Source: Nitrospirota bacterium (lineage in GTDB: Bacteria; Nitrospirota; Nitrospiria; Nitrospirales; Nitrospiraceae). From it: 64,000 nucleotides of DNA. Both the position numbers and the translations under genes were made by a program. The DNA is taken from positions 96,001 to 160,000 of the forward strand of contig CAVPGK010000016.1 of the NCBI GenBank assembly GCA_963703955.1. Reading direction: 5' to 3'. Positions within the stretch are counted from its first letter, which is position 1. Every line of letters starts with the position of its first letter. The notes under the pieces were generated by a model. The model searched no databases, was not told the origin of the DNA, and saw nothing but the letters and a program-made list of their open reading frames with translations. Of the stretch, positions 39,089 through 53,605 are shown one piece after another.

Positions 39089-40899
39089 TGGACTCCTTCA
39101 TTCTCTCCGTACTCGCACGCCCCGGGAACCTCTCATTCCCTTCTAACCGCTCTGTCGCCGGAGATTTTGCCGCCGCGGGTGGACACGTGATCCGCCAGCC
39201 GAGCGGCCATTTGATTTTTTGCGGGCCTGGGCATCGGCGAATTCTCGCGACAGACCCGGAGGGCAACCCTTTGCATGAGTGCGAGTGGGCGGCCTCATCC
39301 ACGGGGACCATGAGGCTCTCGCGAGCCCGCTTTCGCCTGGATTGGGGACAGTGGGTTGGATTAAAGCCGGGCGGATTGGTCAACTCGACCGTGCTGGATC
39401 TCTCCAAAAAGCCTGGATGGGAACGGCTTCGAGCCGATGACCTCCGACAGATGGCTGCCCACACGCTCCATGTCCCGTTGGAAGAAGTGCGATTCTTTTA
39501 CGGCGATGAAGACCTGGTGATTGATCGGCGGGGGCAGGCGACGATTCATCATCGGAAAGACGCGTTCTATGTCCTTGACGAAGGAACCTTTCACGCGCCT
39601 CCGGATCGTATCCGGTTCATGGCGTGCCTGGGGGCTATGCATTGGGAACGCATCGACTTTCTGCCGGTCGTGGAACTCTTTCAGTCGTTGTTGCCGGGAA
39701 CCGGCAGCGCCGCCTTCGAGTTGATCCGCGGACTGTACGATGATCAGAACGACACGAGATCTGAACCTCTCCCTCTCCGTTATCGGGGCATTCCAACGTA
39801 TCCTTCCGAAGCCGCCTTTCGTCTGTTCGCCGGGTTTTTTGTTCCGCATGCTCCTGGAGGGGAGAGTGCGTTTGACCTGTTCACGGAGCCTTCACGTTCC
39901 CATGAAGTCACCTGGCTCCCGACACCGGATCCCCCCCGTCGGTATTTCGACGCGGCCCACAACCTGTGCGTGACGATCAAGGGCTCCGCGATACAGAAAG
40001 CCACGCTGGCGGATGATCCGGCAGGCTTATCATTTGTGAATGCCGGCCCCCAGGGTATTGCGCCGCATCAGCGAAGTCTCGCGGTCTCTCATGGCACGCT
40101 CGTACTGACGGACGATGAAAACCGGATGGAGTTGCCGATCAGTCCGACCTGGGGCGTGGCAGGGGACTCACAGGGGACGAGCAGGCCGGAGGATGGGCAG
40201 TTACCTCCGTCTATGTCGGGCTGGCGTGCTCTCTTCAGCGGCACACCGCCGGAGGTCGCGCCTTTTGAGGCGTTTTCCGCGGTTCTGCTCTATCCCGATG
40301 ACGACAGGGAAATCGGGGAAATTCCAACGCAGCCGTTTGTCGCCGACTATATAGAGGATCTTGTCGAGGATGTTCCCGATCTGGCATCTCGTCTTGCCCA
40401 AGCGAACGATGTGCTCATTGACAACTTCGATGCGACGCTGACCACCTGTATCAATCTCAGCCGCCCCAGAACCTACACGATTCTCTACCGCCACGCAGCC
40501 TACGCTCAGAAGCAAGGACAAGCGTTATGGATGCTCCTGGCTCATCAGCGGCGTCTCAATTGGATTGACCGGTTTCGGTTCTTAGAGGCGGGTACCCATC
40601 GGCAACAGATCTATCAGAAGACCTATGATGTCATCTACGAATGGGAGCCGTTTGCTCACCTCATGGAAATTGAGAAGCTGCGCGAGACAGCGGCCGCCGT
40701 CGCCAAGGCGCTGAGACCGGGAGGGCTCGCGTTTGTGGTCGGACCTTCTCACATGAACATCCCGCTTGAAGCAAACCGGCTCCGTGTCATCCAGAGCGGC
40801 GCGGTCGAACAATTCCCCACGTTTCGGATGCACCGGTCAATCATGCCCCAAGCTCGAATCAGATCCGGCTTGACGCTGTTTCATCTCGCGAAGGGTTAA
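39088..40899 (+). CDS. hypothetical protein (603 aa)
   Basis: Long ORF coupled to proA; C-terminal ALRPGGLAFV resembles a methyltransferase-fold motif. Confidence 0.75.
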   Translation: MDSFILSVLARPGNLSFPSNRSVAGDFAAAGGHVIRQPSGHLIFCGPGHRRILATDPEGNPLHECEWAASSTGTMRLSRARFRLDWGQWVGLKPGGLVNSTVLDLSKKPGWERLRADDLRQMAAHTLHVPLEEVRFFYGDEDLVIDRRGQATIHHRKDAFYVLDEGTFHAPPDRIRFMACLGAMHWERIDFLPVVELFQSLLPGTGSAAFELIRGLYDDQNDTRSEPLPLRYRGIPTYPSEAAFRLFAGFFVPHAPGGESAFDLFTEPSRSHEVTWLPTPDPPRRYFDAAHNLCVTIKGSAIQKATLADDPAGLSFVNAGPQGIAPHQRSLAVSHGTLVLTDDENRMELPISPTWGVAGDSQGTSRPEDGQLPPSMSGWRALFSGTPPEVAPFEAFSAVLLYPDDDREIGEIPTQPFVADYIEDLVEDVPDLASRLAQANDVLIDNFDATLTTCINLSRPRTYTILYRHAAYAQKQGQALWMLLAHQRRLNWIDRFRFLEAGTHRQQIYQKTYDVIYEWEPFAHLMEIEKLRETAAAVAKALRPGGLAFVVGPSHMNIPLEANRLRVIQSGAVEQFPTFRMHRSIMPQARIRSGLTLFHLAKG

Positions 40900-41108
40900 G
40901 GAAATTTGTTACGGCACTCACGCTCGCAGATCTTTTGTGCGGCTCGGGTCTCCGATCCAGAAGGCTGCCTCTTGTTTGACGCTCCGGCTCTTGACGGAGG
41001 CTTGTCGACAGGGCCAGCACCTGTTCCTTTCCTTCATGAACCCGTCTGGGTGTTCGACTACGGAGTTGGCGTGGAAGGTTCCACGCGGAAGCGAACCATG
41101 ACACTATC

Positions 41109-41137
41109 TTGACTTGAGGGCCCATACGTTTTAAGAT
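41109..41137 (+). promoter_or_regulatory. pyr operon promoter TTGACT-N17-TAAGAT
   Basis: Near-consensus, directly before the PyrR-binding loop. Confidence 0.75.
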
Positions 41138-41144
41138 GGTGTTG

Positions 41145-41176
41145 CCTTTAACGCTCATCCGGTGAGGTGAGCAAGG
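41145..41176 (+). promoter_or_regulatory. PyrR-binding RNA element
   Basis: CCTTTAA-cGCTC-ATCCGGTGAGGT-GAGC-AAGG matches the CUUUAA and UCCNGNGAGG conserved motifs. Confidence 0.85.
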
Positions 41177-41221
41177 AGATCTTGATGCAGCGCGGGCGGC
41201 TGCTTTACGACAGGGGTATAC

Positions 41222-41258
41222 AACCTTCTCGTCACGCAGTGATGAGAAGGTTTTTTTT
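41222..41258 (+). terminator. attenuator terminator of the pyr leader
   Basis: 14-bp stem AACCTTCTCGTCAC/GTGATGAGAAGGTT followed by a T run. Confidence 0.88.
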
Positions 41259-41356
41259 GACTTTTTTCCGGCATGGCGGGATCACTGAGACGACGCTTGA
41301 CGCGAGATCGTCTGAACCGGCGATTCGGAGCATTTCCAGGATCCAGTGAGACGTAG

Positions 41357-41929
<573 letters not shown>

Positions 41930-42032
41930 TGATCGTCGCCATGCGCAAGAGGTCAAACTCTGAGGCCGCAGCCAAGGCGACCCGACGACGATGCCGGTGG
42001 TCGTGTGAGACGCTTGTAAACGGAGGCACGCG

Positions 42033-42956
42033 ATGAGCCTCAAGCAAAAGGATTTGATCAGCATCGCTTCGTTATCGACCGATGAACTCAAGCTGATTCT
42101 CGAAACGGCCGACTCATTCAAGGAGGTGACCGGCCGCGAGATCAAAAAGGTGCCGGCGCTGAGAGGGAAGACGGTCGTGAATCTGTTTTGTGAGCCCAGC
42201 ACTCGCACCCGCACCTCATTCGAGCTGGCCGCTAAACGCCTCAGTGCGGATGTCATCAATTTCTCGCCGTCCGACAGCAGTATCGTGAAAGGGGAAACGC
42301 TGCTCGATACGGCGCGCAATATCGAAGCGATGCAGGCCGACATCATTGTGCTTCGCCATCCTGCGGCGGGGGCCGCCGACACTTTGGCGAAGGGCGTGAA
42401 GTCGTCCGTCATCAACGCGGGCGACGGCTGGCACGAGCATCCGACCCAGGCTCTCCTTGATTTGTTCACCTTGCGAGAAAAGAAACTCGAATTCAAAGGC
42501 CTCCGCGTGGCGATCGTCGGCGATGTCGCGCATAGCCGAGTCGCGCGTTCCAACATTTATGCGTTCACCAAGTTGGGTGTGGAAGTCAGAGCGGTCGGTC
42601 CGCCGACGATGATGCCGGCTTTTCTGGAACGGCTGGGAGTTCGCGTCTACTACGATCTCGATGAGGCCCTGCGCGGAGTGGATGTCATTATGATGCTGCG
42701 CTTGCAACTCGAGCGACAAGGGCGCGCGCAGTTCCCCACGATCCGAGAATATTCCCGCTTGTATGGATTGACCGCCGAGCGATTGAAGCTGGCGGATTCC
42801 GGGGCGCTCGTGATGCATCCGGGCCCGATCAATCGAGGGGTCGAGATTGCGCCGGATGTTGCGGACAGCTTTTCATCGGTCATTCTCGACCAGGTCGCGA
42901 ACGGCGTAGCCGTGCGGATGGGCGTGCTGTATTTGCTCTCAGGAGCAGGCAATTGA
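42033..42956 (+). CDS. pyrB: aspartate carbamoyltransferase
   Basis: STRTRTSFE, HPTQALLD, HPGP. Confidence 0.97.
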   Translation: MSLKQKDLISIASLSTDELKLILETADSFKEVTGREIKKVPALRGKTVVNLFCEPSTRTRTSFELAAKRLSADVINFSPSDSSIVKGETLLDTARNIEAMQADIIVLRHPAAGAADTLAKGVKSSVINAGDGWHEHPTQALLDLFTLREKKLEFKGLRVAIVGDVAHSRVARSNIYAFTKLGVEVRAVGPPTMMPAFLERLGVRVYYDLDEALRGVDVIMMLRLQLERQGRAQFPTIREYSRLYGLTAERLKLADSGALVMHPGPINRGVEIAPDVADSFSSVILDQVANGVAVRMGVLYLLSGAGN

Positions 42957-42996
42957 AGAATTTATAGATATAGTGATGGCCTGATTTGCTGATTTC

Positions 42997-44325
42997 ATGA
43001 ACGAAGACCTGAATCATCAAATGATCAAATCGACAAATCAACAGATTCTTATTCGCGGCGGACATGTGATCGATCCCGGACGCGTGAACGGGCCGGCCGA
43101 CGTGCTCATCGAGGACGGCAAGATAGTCGCGGTCGGACAGCATGCGACGGCGATCAAACATGGGAACGGTTCGCCGACCGTCATCGATGCGACCGGCAAG
43201 CTGGTTCTACCCGGTTTCGTGGATCTGCATGTCCATCTCAGAGAACCCGGGTTTGAATACAAGGAAACAATCCAAACCGGAACCGCCGCAGCCGTGGCTG
43301 GAGGATTTACCTCCGTGTGCTGCATGCCGAACACCGTTCCGGTCAACGACAACCAAGCCATCACGGAATTTATCCTCGAGCAAGCGCAGGCCGCTGGCAA
43401 CGCTCGGGTGTTTCCGGTTGGAGCCATCACCAAAGGATCGGAAGGAAAAGAGCTGGCAGAGATCGGGGATCTTCGCGTGGCCGGGTGCGTCGCCATTTCG
43501 GACGACGGAATGCCGGTGATGAACAGCCTCGTCATGCGACGCGCCATGGAATATGCTCTGGCCTTCGATCTCCCGGTCGTCGATCACTGCGAAGACCTGC
43601 ATTTGTCGGAAGACGGGTGCATGAACGAAGGCCTGGTCTCGACCCAGCTCGGCCTCCAGGGTATTCCGGCGGCGGCCGAGGACGTCATGGTGGCGCGGAA
43701 CCTGGCCCTCGCCCAACTTACGGGGGCCCGACTCCACCTTGCGCACCTCAGTACGGCCGGCTCGGTTCGGATGGTTCGGGAAGCCAAGGGGCGAGGTATC
43801 CGCGTGACCGCGGAAGCCTGCCCGCATCACTTTACCCTGACCGAAGAGGCGGTGCGCGGCTTCAACACACTCGCGAAAATGAATCCGCCGCTTCGAACTT
43901 GGGAGGATGTGCAAGCCATCAAAGACGGGCTTCGGGATGGAACCATCGATGTCATTGCGACGGACCATGCCCCTCATGCAGCTCAGGAGAAACAACAGGA
44001 GTTCGCCGCCGCTCCGAACGGCATCGTCGGACTTGAGACCGCACTTCCCTTGACCCTCGCGCTCGTCGAGGAAGGGATTCTGTCTCTTGAGACCGCAGTG
44101 GCTAAACTGACGACCGAGCCGGCGCGGGCGTTCGGTTTGAGCACAGGCACCCTGGCGCCGGGATCAGAAGCCGACGTCGTCGTGGTCGATCAGATGGAAC
44201 ACTGGGAAGTGGATCCTTCCCGTTTCCGTTCCAGAAGCCGCAACACCCCATTCGCCGGATGGAAGGTCAGAGGCCGTGTCCATGCCACCCTCGTCGGTGG
44301 CCGAGTCGTCTATGGCGCCACCTAG
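42997..44325 (+). CDS. pyrC: dihydroorotase
   Basis: DLHVHLREPG, MPNT, KMNPPLR, ATDHAPH. Confidence 0.97.
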   Translation: MNEDLNHQMIKSTNQQILIRGGHVIDPGRVNGPADVLIEDGKIVAVGQHATAIKHGNGSPTVIDATGKLVLPGFVDLHVHLREPGFEYKETIQTGTAAAVAGGFTSVCCMPNTVPVNDNQAITEFILEQAQAAGNARVFPVGAITKGSEGKELAEIGDLRVAGCVAISDDGMPVMNSLVMRRAMEYALAFDLPVVDHCEDLHLSEDGCMNEGLVSTQLGLQGIPAAAEDVMVARNLALAQLTGARLHLAHLSTAGSVRMVREAKGRGIRVTAEACPHHFTLTEEAVRGFNTLAKMNPPLRTWEDVQAIKDGLRDGTIDVIATDHAPHAAQEKQQEFAAAPNGIVGLETALPLTLALVEEGILSLETAVAKLTTEPARAFGLSTGTLAPGSEADVVVVDQMEHWEVDPSRFRSRSRNTPFAGWKVRGRVHATLVGGRVVYGAT

Positions 44326-44331
44326 CGTGTC

Positions 44332-44868
44332 ATGGAGATTGCGCGGGCGATCAGGCGGGGAGTCGTGGCATGTCATACCTGTGAGATGGTGGCGCTGGCG
44401 ATCTGGATCGGCGGGCTTGTGGTCATCATCGGTTCGGTCATTCCGGCCGTCTTTAATTCGTTTGGGATGGAACCGGGAGGACGATTCCTGACAAGGGTCT
44501 TTGACGGGTATAATCGGTTAGTCATGGCCGCCATCGTGCTCCTGGTTAGCGCCGGCTCGTTTCGACTGTGGGCCGCTGCACGGTACAGGCTGGCGGAGGT
44601 CGCCCTCACCCGACCGGAGGTTTTCCTTCTCTCCCTGATGATCGCGATCGCGCTCCTGATTGTGATCGTGATGGGACCGACCGCGGTCAAGTTACAAGAG
44701 GAGGCCTTTGCCATCAAGGAGGAGGTTGCACGGAAGGCGGCCTACGCGGCTTTTTTCAGGACCCATATGGTTGTTCGTGGTCTGTATCTGGTAAATCTGA
44801 TCCTGGGCATCGTCCTTGTCGCCGTGAAGCTCAGGTCCGTTCTGAGACCTTACACCGTCACGTCATGA
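44332..44868 (+). CDS. DUF4149-like membrane protein
   Basis: Four TM segments; IWIGG, PAVF, FFRTH. Confidence 0.75.
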   Translation: MEIARAIRRGVVACHTCEMVALAIWIGGLVVIIGSVIPAVFNSFGMEPGGRFLTRVFDGYNRLVMAAIVLLVSAGSFRLWAAARYRLAEVALTRPEVFLLSLMIAIALLIVIVMGPTAVKLQEEAFAIKEEVARKAAYAAFFRTHMVVRGLYLVNLILGIVLVAVKLRSVLRPYTVTS

Positions 44869-46040
44869 ACAAGGCCATTCTTGCCCTCGCAGACGGTACG
44901 GTCTTTGAGGGTCGCGCATTGGGGTTTCCAGGCGAAGCCATTGGAGAAGTCGTCTTCAATACGGCGATGACCGGGTATCAAGAGATTTTGACCGACCCGT
45001 CCTATAAAGGACAGATCGTGACCATGACCTGCCCGCACATCGGCAACTACGGGATCGCGCGAGGAGACTGCGAATCCCGACGTCTGTGGGCGAACGGCTT
45101 TATCGTCAAAGAATCCAGCCGGCGGCCTAGTAATTGGCGTGCCGAGCAGTCACTTGACGCCTCATTGAATGAAGGTCGTATCGTCGGCATCGAAGGCCTG
45201 GATACGCGCCATCTGACCCGACACCTCCGCGACGCCGGCTCGCAGCAAGGGATCATCTCACATGCGGACCTGGACCCCGCCCGAGCCGTGGAGAAAGCAC
45301 GAAACGCCCCCGGCATTGTGGGACGTGATCTGGTTGCGGAGGTCACCTGTGAGAAGGCGTATGAATGGACGGAAGGATCGGGAGTGTGGACCCCGCATAC
45401 GGACGGTGAGGGCAGCCAGGACACCGCCCCTCGACCATTCCGAGTCGTCGTCTTCGACTTCGGCGTCAAACAGAACATTCTCCGCCGGTTGGTGGACGTC
45501 GGCTGCGCGGTGACCGTGTTGCCGGCCTCAACGCCGGCCGAGACGGTCATGGAGATGAACCCGGACGGGGTGGTCCTGTCCAACGGACCTGGAGATCCTG
45601 AGGGCGTGCCGTATGCGATCAAGACCGTGCAGTCACTTATCGGTCGGTACCCGATCCTGGGGATCTGCCTGGGGCATCAGATTCTGGGCTTGGCCATGGG
45701 CCTACACACGTATAAGTTGAAGTTCGGTCACCACGCCGCCAATCATCCGGTCATGGACGTTCGGACACGAAAGGTGGAGATTACCTCGCAGAACCATAAT
45801 TTCGCGGTCCGGATTCCCGGTCTGGACGCGTGCAGCAACCCGGCCCCGGTTGTCCGGACGCCGTACGGTCGGCTGATGATCAGCCACATGAGTCTGAACG
45901 ATGACTCCATTGAGGGCATGGTCTGCCTTGATCAACCGGTGTTGTCTGTCCAGTATCATCCGGAGGCCTCACCCGGACCGCATGACTCAGCCTATCTTTT
46001 CAAGCAGTATACCGACATGATGGAGAAGAACCATGCGTAG
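44865..46040 (+). CDS. carA: carbamoyl-phosphate synthase small subunit
   Basis: GEVVFNTAMTGYQE, SNGPGDP, GICLGHQ, QYHPEASPGP. Confidence 0.97.
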   Translation: MNKAILALADGTVFEGRALGFPGEAIGEVVFNTAMTGYQEILTDPSYKGQIVTMTCPHIGNYGIARGDCESRRLWANGFIVKESSRRPSNWRAEQSLDASLNEGRIVGIEGLDTRHLTRHLRDAGSQQGIISHADLDPARAVEKARNAPGIVGRDLVAEVTCEKAYEWTEGSGVWTPHTDGEGSQDTAPRPFRVVVFDFGVKQNILRRLVDVGCAVTVLPASTPAETVMEMNPDGVVLSNGPGDPEGVPYAIKTVQSLIGRYPILGICLGHQILGLAMGLHTYKLKFGHHAANHPVMDVRTRKVEITSQNHNFAVRIPGLDACSNPAPVVRTPYGRLMISHMSLNDDSIEGMVCLDQPVLSVQYHPEASPGPHDSAYLFKQYTDMMEKNHA

Positions 46041-47106
46041 CTGGATTCTGAAGCGGATTCACAACGTCGTTGTGCCCTGGCCGACGTTGTCTCAGGAAAG
46101 GTCCCAGACCGGCGCCTCTAGCCGGTCGTGGACGGCCTTGCCGAAGAGACGGGCAGGTGGGGCCTTTTCTCTCGCCACATTGGGGGTGGCGCTCCTCTCC
46201 GGATGCGTGACCGTCAATCTGTTGCCGGCACCCGGCCCCTTGGAAGAAAAACGACTCAGCGGGACCGGCGCCGAAAAGGTCTTGATCATGGATATCTCCG
46301 GTTTGATCAGCTCTCAGGAGGTGGGCGGGCTGATCGAACGTCCGAATATGGTGGCACAGATCAAGGAGGAACTCACACGCGCCGCGGACGACCCCGATCT
46401 GAAGGCGTTGGTGTTACGGATCAACAGTCCTGGCGGAACGGTCACGGCCTCGGATATTATCCATCATGAACTGCGCGCCTTCCGGCAGAAACGGCGCATT
46501 CCCGTGATCGCCTCGATCATGGATGTCGGCGCCAGCGGCGGGTACTACATAGCGGTCGCCGCCGACAAGATCGTCATCCACCCGTCTTCGGTCACCGGCA
46601 GCGTCGGGGTGATCATGATGACGCTCAATGCGCGCGGCCTACTGGAGAAGATCGGGGTGGAAGCGAATGCCGTGACCTCCGGACCCAAGAAGGATATGGG
46701 GTCGCCCTTCAGAGCGATGACCGATGAGGAGCGAGGGATCTTTCAGGGATTGATCACATCCTTTTATGAGCGGTTTCTCACGGTTGTGAAAGAAGGCCGG
46801 CGGAATCTTTCCTCCGACCAGATTCGAAAGATGGCGGACGGGCGGATCTATACGGGCGAGCAGGCCAGCGTCCTAGGCCTGGTCGACCAGGTCGGCTATC
46901 TGGATGACGCCATAGAGTTGGCGAAACGCGATGCGGGCATCAAGGAAGCCCGGGTTGTCATGTACCGTCGGCCCGGCGAATACCGGCACAACATCTATTC
47001 CCAATTTCTTGGCGGGGGAAGCAGCTTGTCGGGGCTGGTCAACCTGGACCTTCTGTCAATGGTCCGCGCGGGCGCCCCTCAATTTATGTATCTTTGGATG
47101 CCGTGA
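46033..47106 (+). CDS. sppA: signal peptide peptidase (S49)
   Basis: RINSPGG, ASGGYY, GSVGV; lipobox-like LSGC. Confidence 0.9.
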   Translation: MRSWILKRIHNVVVPWPTLSQERSQTGASSRSWTALPKRRAGGAFSLATLGVALLSGCVTVNLLPAPGPLEEKRLSGTGAEKVLIMDISGLISSQEVGGLIERPNMVAQIKEELTRAADDPDLKALVLRINSPGGTVTASDIIHHELRAFRQKRRIPVIASIMDVGASGGYYIAVAADKIVIHPSSVTGSVGVIMMTLNARGLLEKIGVEANAVTSGPKKDMGSPFRAMTDEERGIFQGLITSFYERFLTVVKEGRRNLSSDQIRKMADGRIYTGEQASVLGLVDQVGYLDDAIELAKRDAGIKEARVVMYRRPGEYRHNIYSQFLGGGSSLSGLVNLDLLSMVRAGAPQFMYLWMP

Positions 47107-47144
47107 CTAGAAGGGTGACTCATACGCAGGGCACCATCGACTCC

Positions 47145-48113
47145 ATGAATCAACCAGCAATCACGCCATTGGCGGACGGCTCTTGTGAGCGCCTGTTGAC
47201 CGCCGAGGTGAATCGACGAACGCTTCTGCTCCTCGGACTGCAGGGAGTCTTGTGCGTGTCCGCCTCATCCGGTCTTCTCGCCGCGCTCGCCGGATGTTAC
47301 AAGGCGCCTGGGACGGCCCGCGATCAATTGATTTTTATCTCTGAAGAAAAAGAGATGGCGATGGGAGTGAAAGCATTCCATGAGGTATTGAGGGAGGCCC
47401 GTCTCAACGAAAATCCGGAACTGAACGAAATGGTGCATCGCGTCGGCGAGCGCATTGCCACCGCCGCGAACAAGCCGGAATACCACTGGGAATTTGCCAT
47501 CATTCAGGACGACCGCATTGTCAATGCCTTTGCGTTGCCGGGAGGGAAGGTTGCCGTCTTCACCGGTTTGTTGAAGTACACGAAAACGGAAGCGGGGCTG
47601 GCAACCGTGATGGGGCACGAGGTTGCGCACGCGCTGCAGCGGCATGGAGCCGAGCGCGTGAGCCGGGGGATTTTGGAACAGATCGCCCAGCTCGGGGCGT
47701 TGGCAGGCGCCGCTGCCGGTCACGTGGACCCCGGAGTGGCGATTGGAGCCATGAGCGCTTACGGCGTCGGGGTTTCGTTGCCGTTCAATCGGAGGCAGGA
47801 ATCGGAAGCTGATTACATCGGCCTGCGCCTGATGGCGCAGGCCGGCTATGATCCACGCGAAGCGGTCCCGTTCTGGGAGCGCATGAGCGGGTGTCCGAGA
47901 AACATGATCGGAAAATTGTGCTTCCGGTCCCAGGCGGCGATTCCGGAATTTCTCTCGACCCATCCGTCCGACATCACGCGTATCAACCAGATCGAGCAAT
48001 GGACTCCGGACGCCTTACGATACTACAAACCGTCGGGTACACCCTCACCATTGCCGGCGCCCATCGTGCCGCCGCGCGTACCGGACTTTGCCCCCGAACT
48101 GAGGATCGGCTAA
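47145..48113 (+). CDS. M48 zinc metallopeptidase, Tat/lipoprotein signal
   Basis: NRRTLL, LAGC, NAFALPGG, HEVAH, ESEAD, STHP. Confidence 0.92.
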   Translation: MNQPAITPLADGSCERLLTAEVNRRTLLLLGLQGVLCVSASSGLLAALAGCYKAPGTARDQLIFISEEKEMAMGVKAFHEVLREARLNENPELNEMVHRVGERIATAANKPEYHWEFAIIQDDRIVNAFALPGGKVAVFTGLLKYTKTEAGLATVMGHEVAHALQRHGAERVSRGILEQIAQLGALAGAAAGHVDPGVAIGAMSAYGVGVSLPFNRRQESEADYIGLRLMAQAGYDPREAVPFWERMSGCPRNMIGKLCFRSQAAIPEFLSTHPSDITRINQIEQWTPDALRYYKPSGTPSPLPAPIVPPRVPDFAPELRIG

Positions 48114-48185
48114 AGGCGTGAGTGGGTAAGAACGTACTGGATGAGGAGCGCCACACCCAGCGCTCAGCATTCGAGGCGAGAGAGC

Positions 48186-51485
<3,300 letters not shown>

Positions 51486-51584
51486 GCGGGGCGTCGCGGT
51501 TAGAGGCGAGGGGTTGGGAGCCTAGAGAGTTCTTGGCTCCCGTCCTTGGCCTCGTGCCCTCCGCCTTGCATCCGGAGAGGAATC

Positions 51585-52061
51585 ATGCCGACACCTATTA
51601 CGAAGAAAGGTTATGAGGCACTCAAGACGGAACTGGACCGTTTGCGAAAGGTGGAGCGACCAAAAGTAATTGAGGCGATTGCCGAGGCGCGATCGCATGG
51701 AGACTTGAGTGAAAACGCGGAGTACGAGGCGGCGAAGGAGCGGCAGGGCTTCATCGAGGCACGAATGAGCGAGCTGGAGCGGAAGTTGGCGGATGCCCGG
51801 ATCATTGATACGGCTAACCTCTCCAGCGAGACCGTTGTCTTTGGGGCGACCGTGGTGTTGATCGAGCTGCAGTCCCAGCAAAAAAAACAATATACCCTTG
51901 TGGGCCAGGACGAGGCCGATCTGAAAAACGGAAAAATTTCAGTCCAATCGCCGGTCGGCAAGGCGCTCATCGGCCGCCGAGCCGGGGATCAGGTGGAAGT
52001 GACGACCCCCGCCAAAGTCGTGGAGTATGAGGTCGTCGAAATCCGCTTCGATGAACTGTAA
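51585..52061 (+). CDS. greA: transcription elongation factor GreA
   Basis: [21 protein letters not shown]. Confidence 0.97.
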   Translation: MPTPITKKGYEALKTELDRLRKVERPKVIEAIAEARSHGDLSENAEYEAAKERQGFIEARMSELERKLADARIIDTANLSSETVVFGATVVLIELQSQQKKQYTLVGQDEADLKNGKISVQSPVGKALIGRRAGDQVEVTTPAKVVEYEVVEIRFDEL

Positions 52062-52321
52062 CGGATGCTGAAAATGGTGGGCGACCCGACCATGAATGGC
52101 TTCGTTCTCGGTCTTTGCGCGACTCGCGTATTCGAAGTACACCTGGGCGTTCAAACTCCCTGCGCCTCGTTTCCTCGTAAGGGGATGATGCGCTCCCTGG
52201 GAAAAAGGGCTTGTCTTGGCAGGCTTAGGGCGGGAGGGTGAAATGGCGCCCGGGGCAGGCAGGTGTGATTGGCTTGGGCTTTGTGAGCATTCCTAGACTC
52301 GAGCAAGAAGAGAACGACGCC

Positions 52322-52534
52322 ATGAAGTCGTTGAAAGTGTTTATGTGGTGGTTCGTGGTGGGGGCGATGATGGCCTTGTCGGTCATCATGCTCCAGGGCG
52401 GAATTCAACAAGTCATGCAGGCTCGAGGTCCGCTATGGGATGTCAAATTGGTGGAATTGTTTACGGCCATTATGGGCGGAGGATTGCTGGGAGGCTGCAT
52501 TGCATTGATCTTGGATCGAATTAGAAAACCATAG
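52322..52534 (+). CDS. small two-TM membrane protein
   Basis: Two hydrophobic segments in 70 aa. Confidence 0.65.
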   Translation: MKSLKVFMWWFVVGAMMALSVIMLQGGIQQVMQARGPLWDVKLVELFTAIMGGGLLGGCIALILDRIRKP

Positions 52535-52624
52535 CGCAGAGCCAGAGGCAGAAAAGTGAACGATTCAACGTGTCTGCATGCCGCGCATTGAATGTTGCGT
52601 TCATAATTCTCATTGGGTGAAGAG

Positions 52625-53050
52625 ATGGATTTGGAGATCGGGTCAAATCTCTATCGCAATACGGACGGGACAGTGGAGATCGAAGGAATGCCTCAGATGA
52701 CGGTTACACTGAGGAAACCGGAGGGGCCGATCCTCGTCAACTTTGTCATGTTCGACGGGACCGGACGGCTAATCACCAAAGTGATCGACAGCACGATGGC
52801 CTTCAACGAACGACGCGAGCATGAATTAGAGCGGACGCCCACCAAGGTCGTGCTGACGCATACGAACTCCAAGAAAATCGTCCTACAGGTGGAGTGCAAG
52901 GAGCCGGGACGTGTGATGGTCAATCATGGGGGATTTCTGACGATCAAGGGGCATCAGATGGAAATTACCCCCACTGAATGGCGTGTCGAAAAAATAAAGA
53001 TGAGCCAAGCCGATCAGGATGTAAAAGGAGGCGCCGTCGTCTTGGGCTAG
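52625..53050 (+). CDS. hypothetical beta-rich protein
   Basis: 141-aa ORF with typical codon usage. Confidence 0.7.
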   Translation: MDLEIGSNLYRNTDGTVEIEGMPQMTVTLRKPEGPILVNFVMFDGTGRLITKVIDSTMAFNERREHELERTPTKVVLTHTNSKKIVLQVECKEPGRVMVNHGGFLTIKGHQMEITPTEWRVEKIKMSQADQDVKGGAVVLG

Positions 53051-53091
53051 CTCGGCAAGAGTCGCGCTCTTGCCGAGCCCCAGAGGTCCGG

Positions 53092-53490
53092 TTACCCAAT
53101 CGTGATACGGCGAGGCTTCGCTTCCTCCCGCTTCGGGAGAGCCAGCGTGAGCACACCTTCCTTATAGCTCGCCGAGACCTTGTTCGGATCGATGTTGGTC
53201 GGAAGGCGGAAAGACCGCGAGAAGGTTCCCCACCCGATTTCACGAGTGAAGTAGGCCCTGTTCGACTCGCTGTGTTCGTCCTTGCGTTCGCCCTTCACCG
53301 TGAGGACCCCGTCTTCGATCACGATGTCGATGTCCTTACGCTCCATACCGGGCACAGCAGCCTCAACCCAAAATCCCTGTTCATCTTCATAGGTGTTGCA
53401 TGCCGGAGCCCACCCTGCCGGGCCGCTGACCGTACCCAATGCCTCGGTCAGCCACCGATCAACGTCAAATGGCGCATAGCTGAATGTCAT
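53092..53490 (-). CDS. Hsp20 / alpha-crystallin small heat-shock protein
   Basis: AGGAGG RBS; VPGM, LTVKGER, FSRSFRLP, ASYKEGVLTL. Confidence 0.95.
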   Translation of the reverse strand: MTFSYAPFDVDRWLTEALGTVSGPAGWAPACNTYEDEQGFWVEAAVPGMERKDIDIVIEDGVLTVKGERKDEHSESNRAYFTREIGWGTFSRSFRLPTNIDPNKVSASYKEGVLTLALPKREEAKPRRITIG

Positions 53491-53605
53491 GGTTTCCTCC
53501 TTTGTCTTTCGTGTGAGATGAGGCCCAAGGCTCATCATCTTTCAGCAGTCAGATAACACTGCCTTTCCAAGGGTCAAGGCCTTCGCGTTCGCATAAAGTG
53601 CCTCG

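Noticed and set aside
52062..52170. Possible dispersed intergenic repeat or MITE after greA, and hairpins at 48115-48180 and 51487-51570
   Set aside because: Resembles Nitrospira-type repeats from memory, but there is no second copy in this window to confirm it
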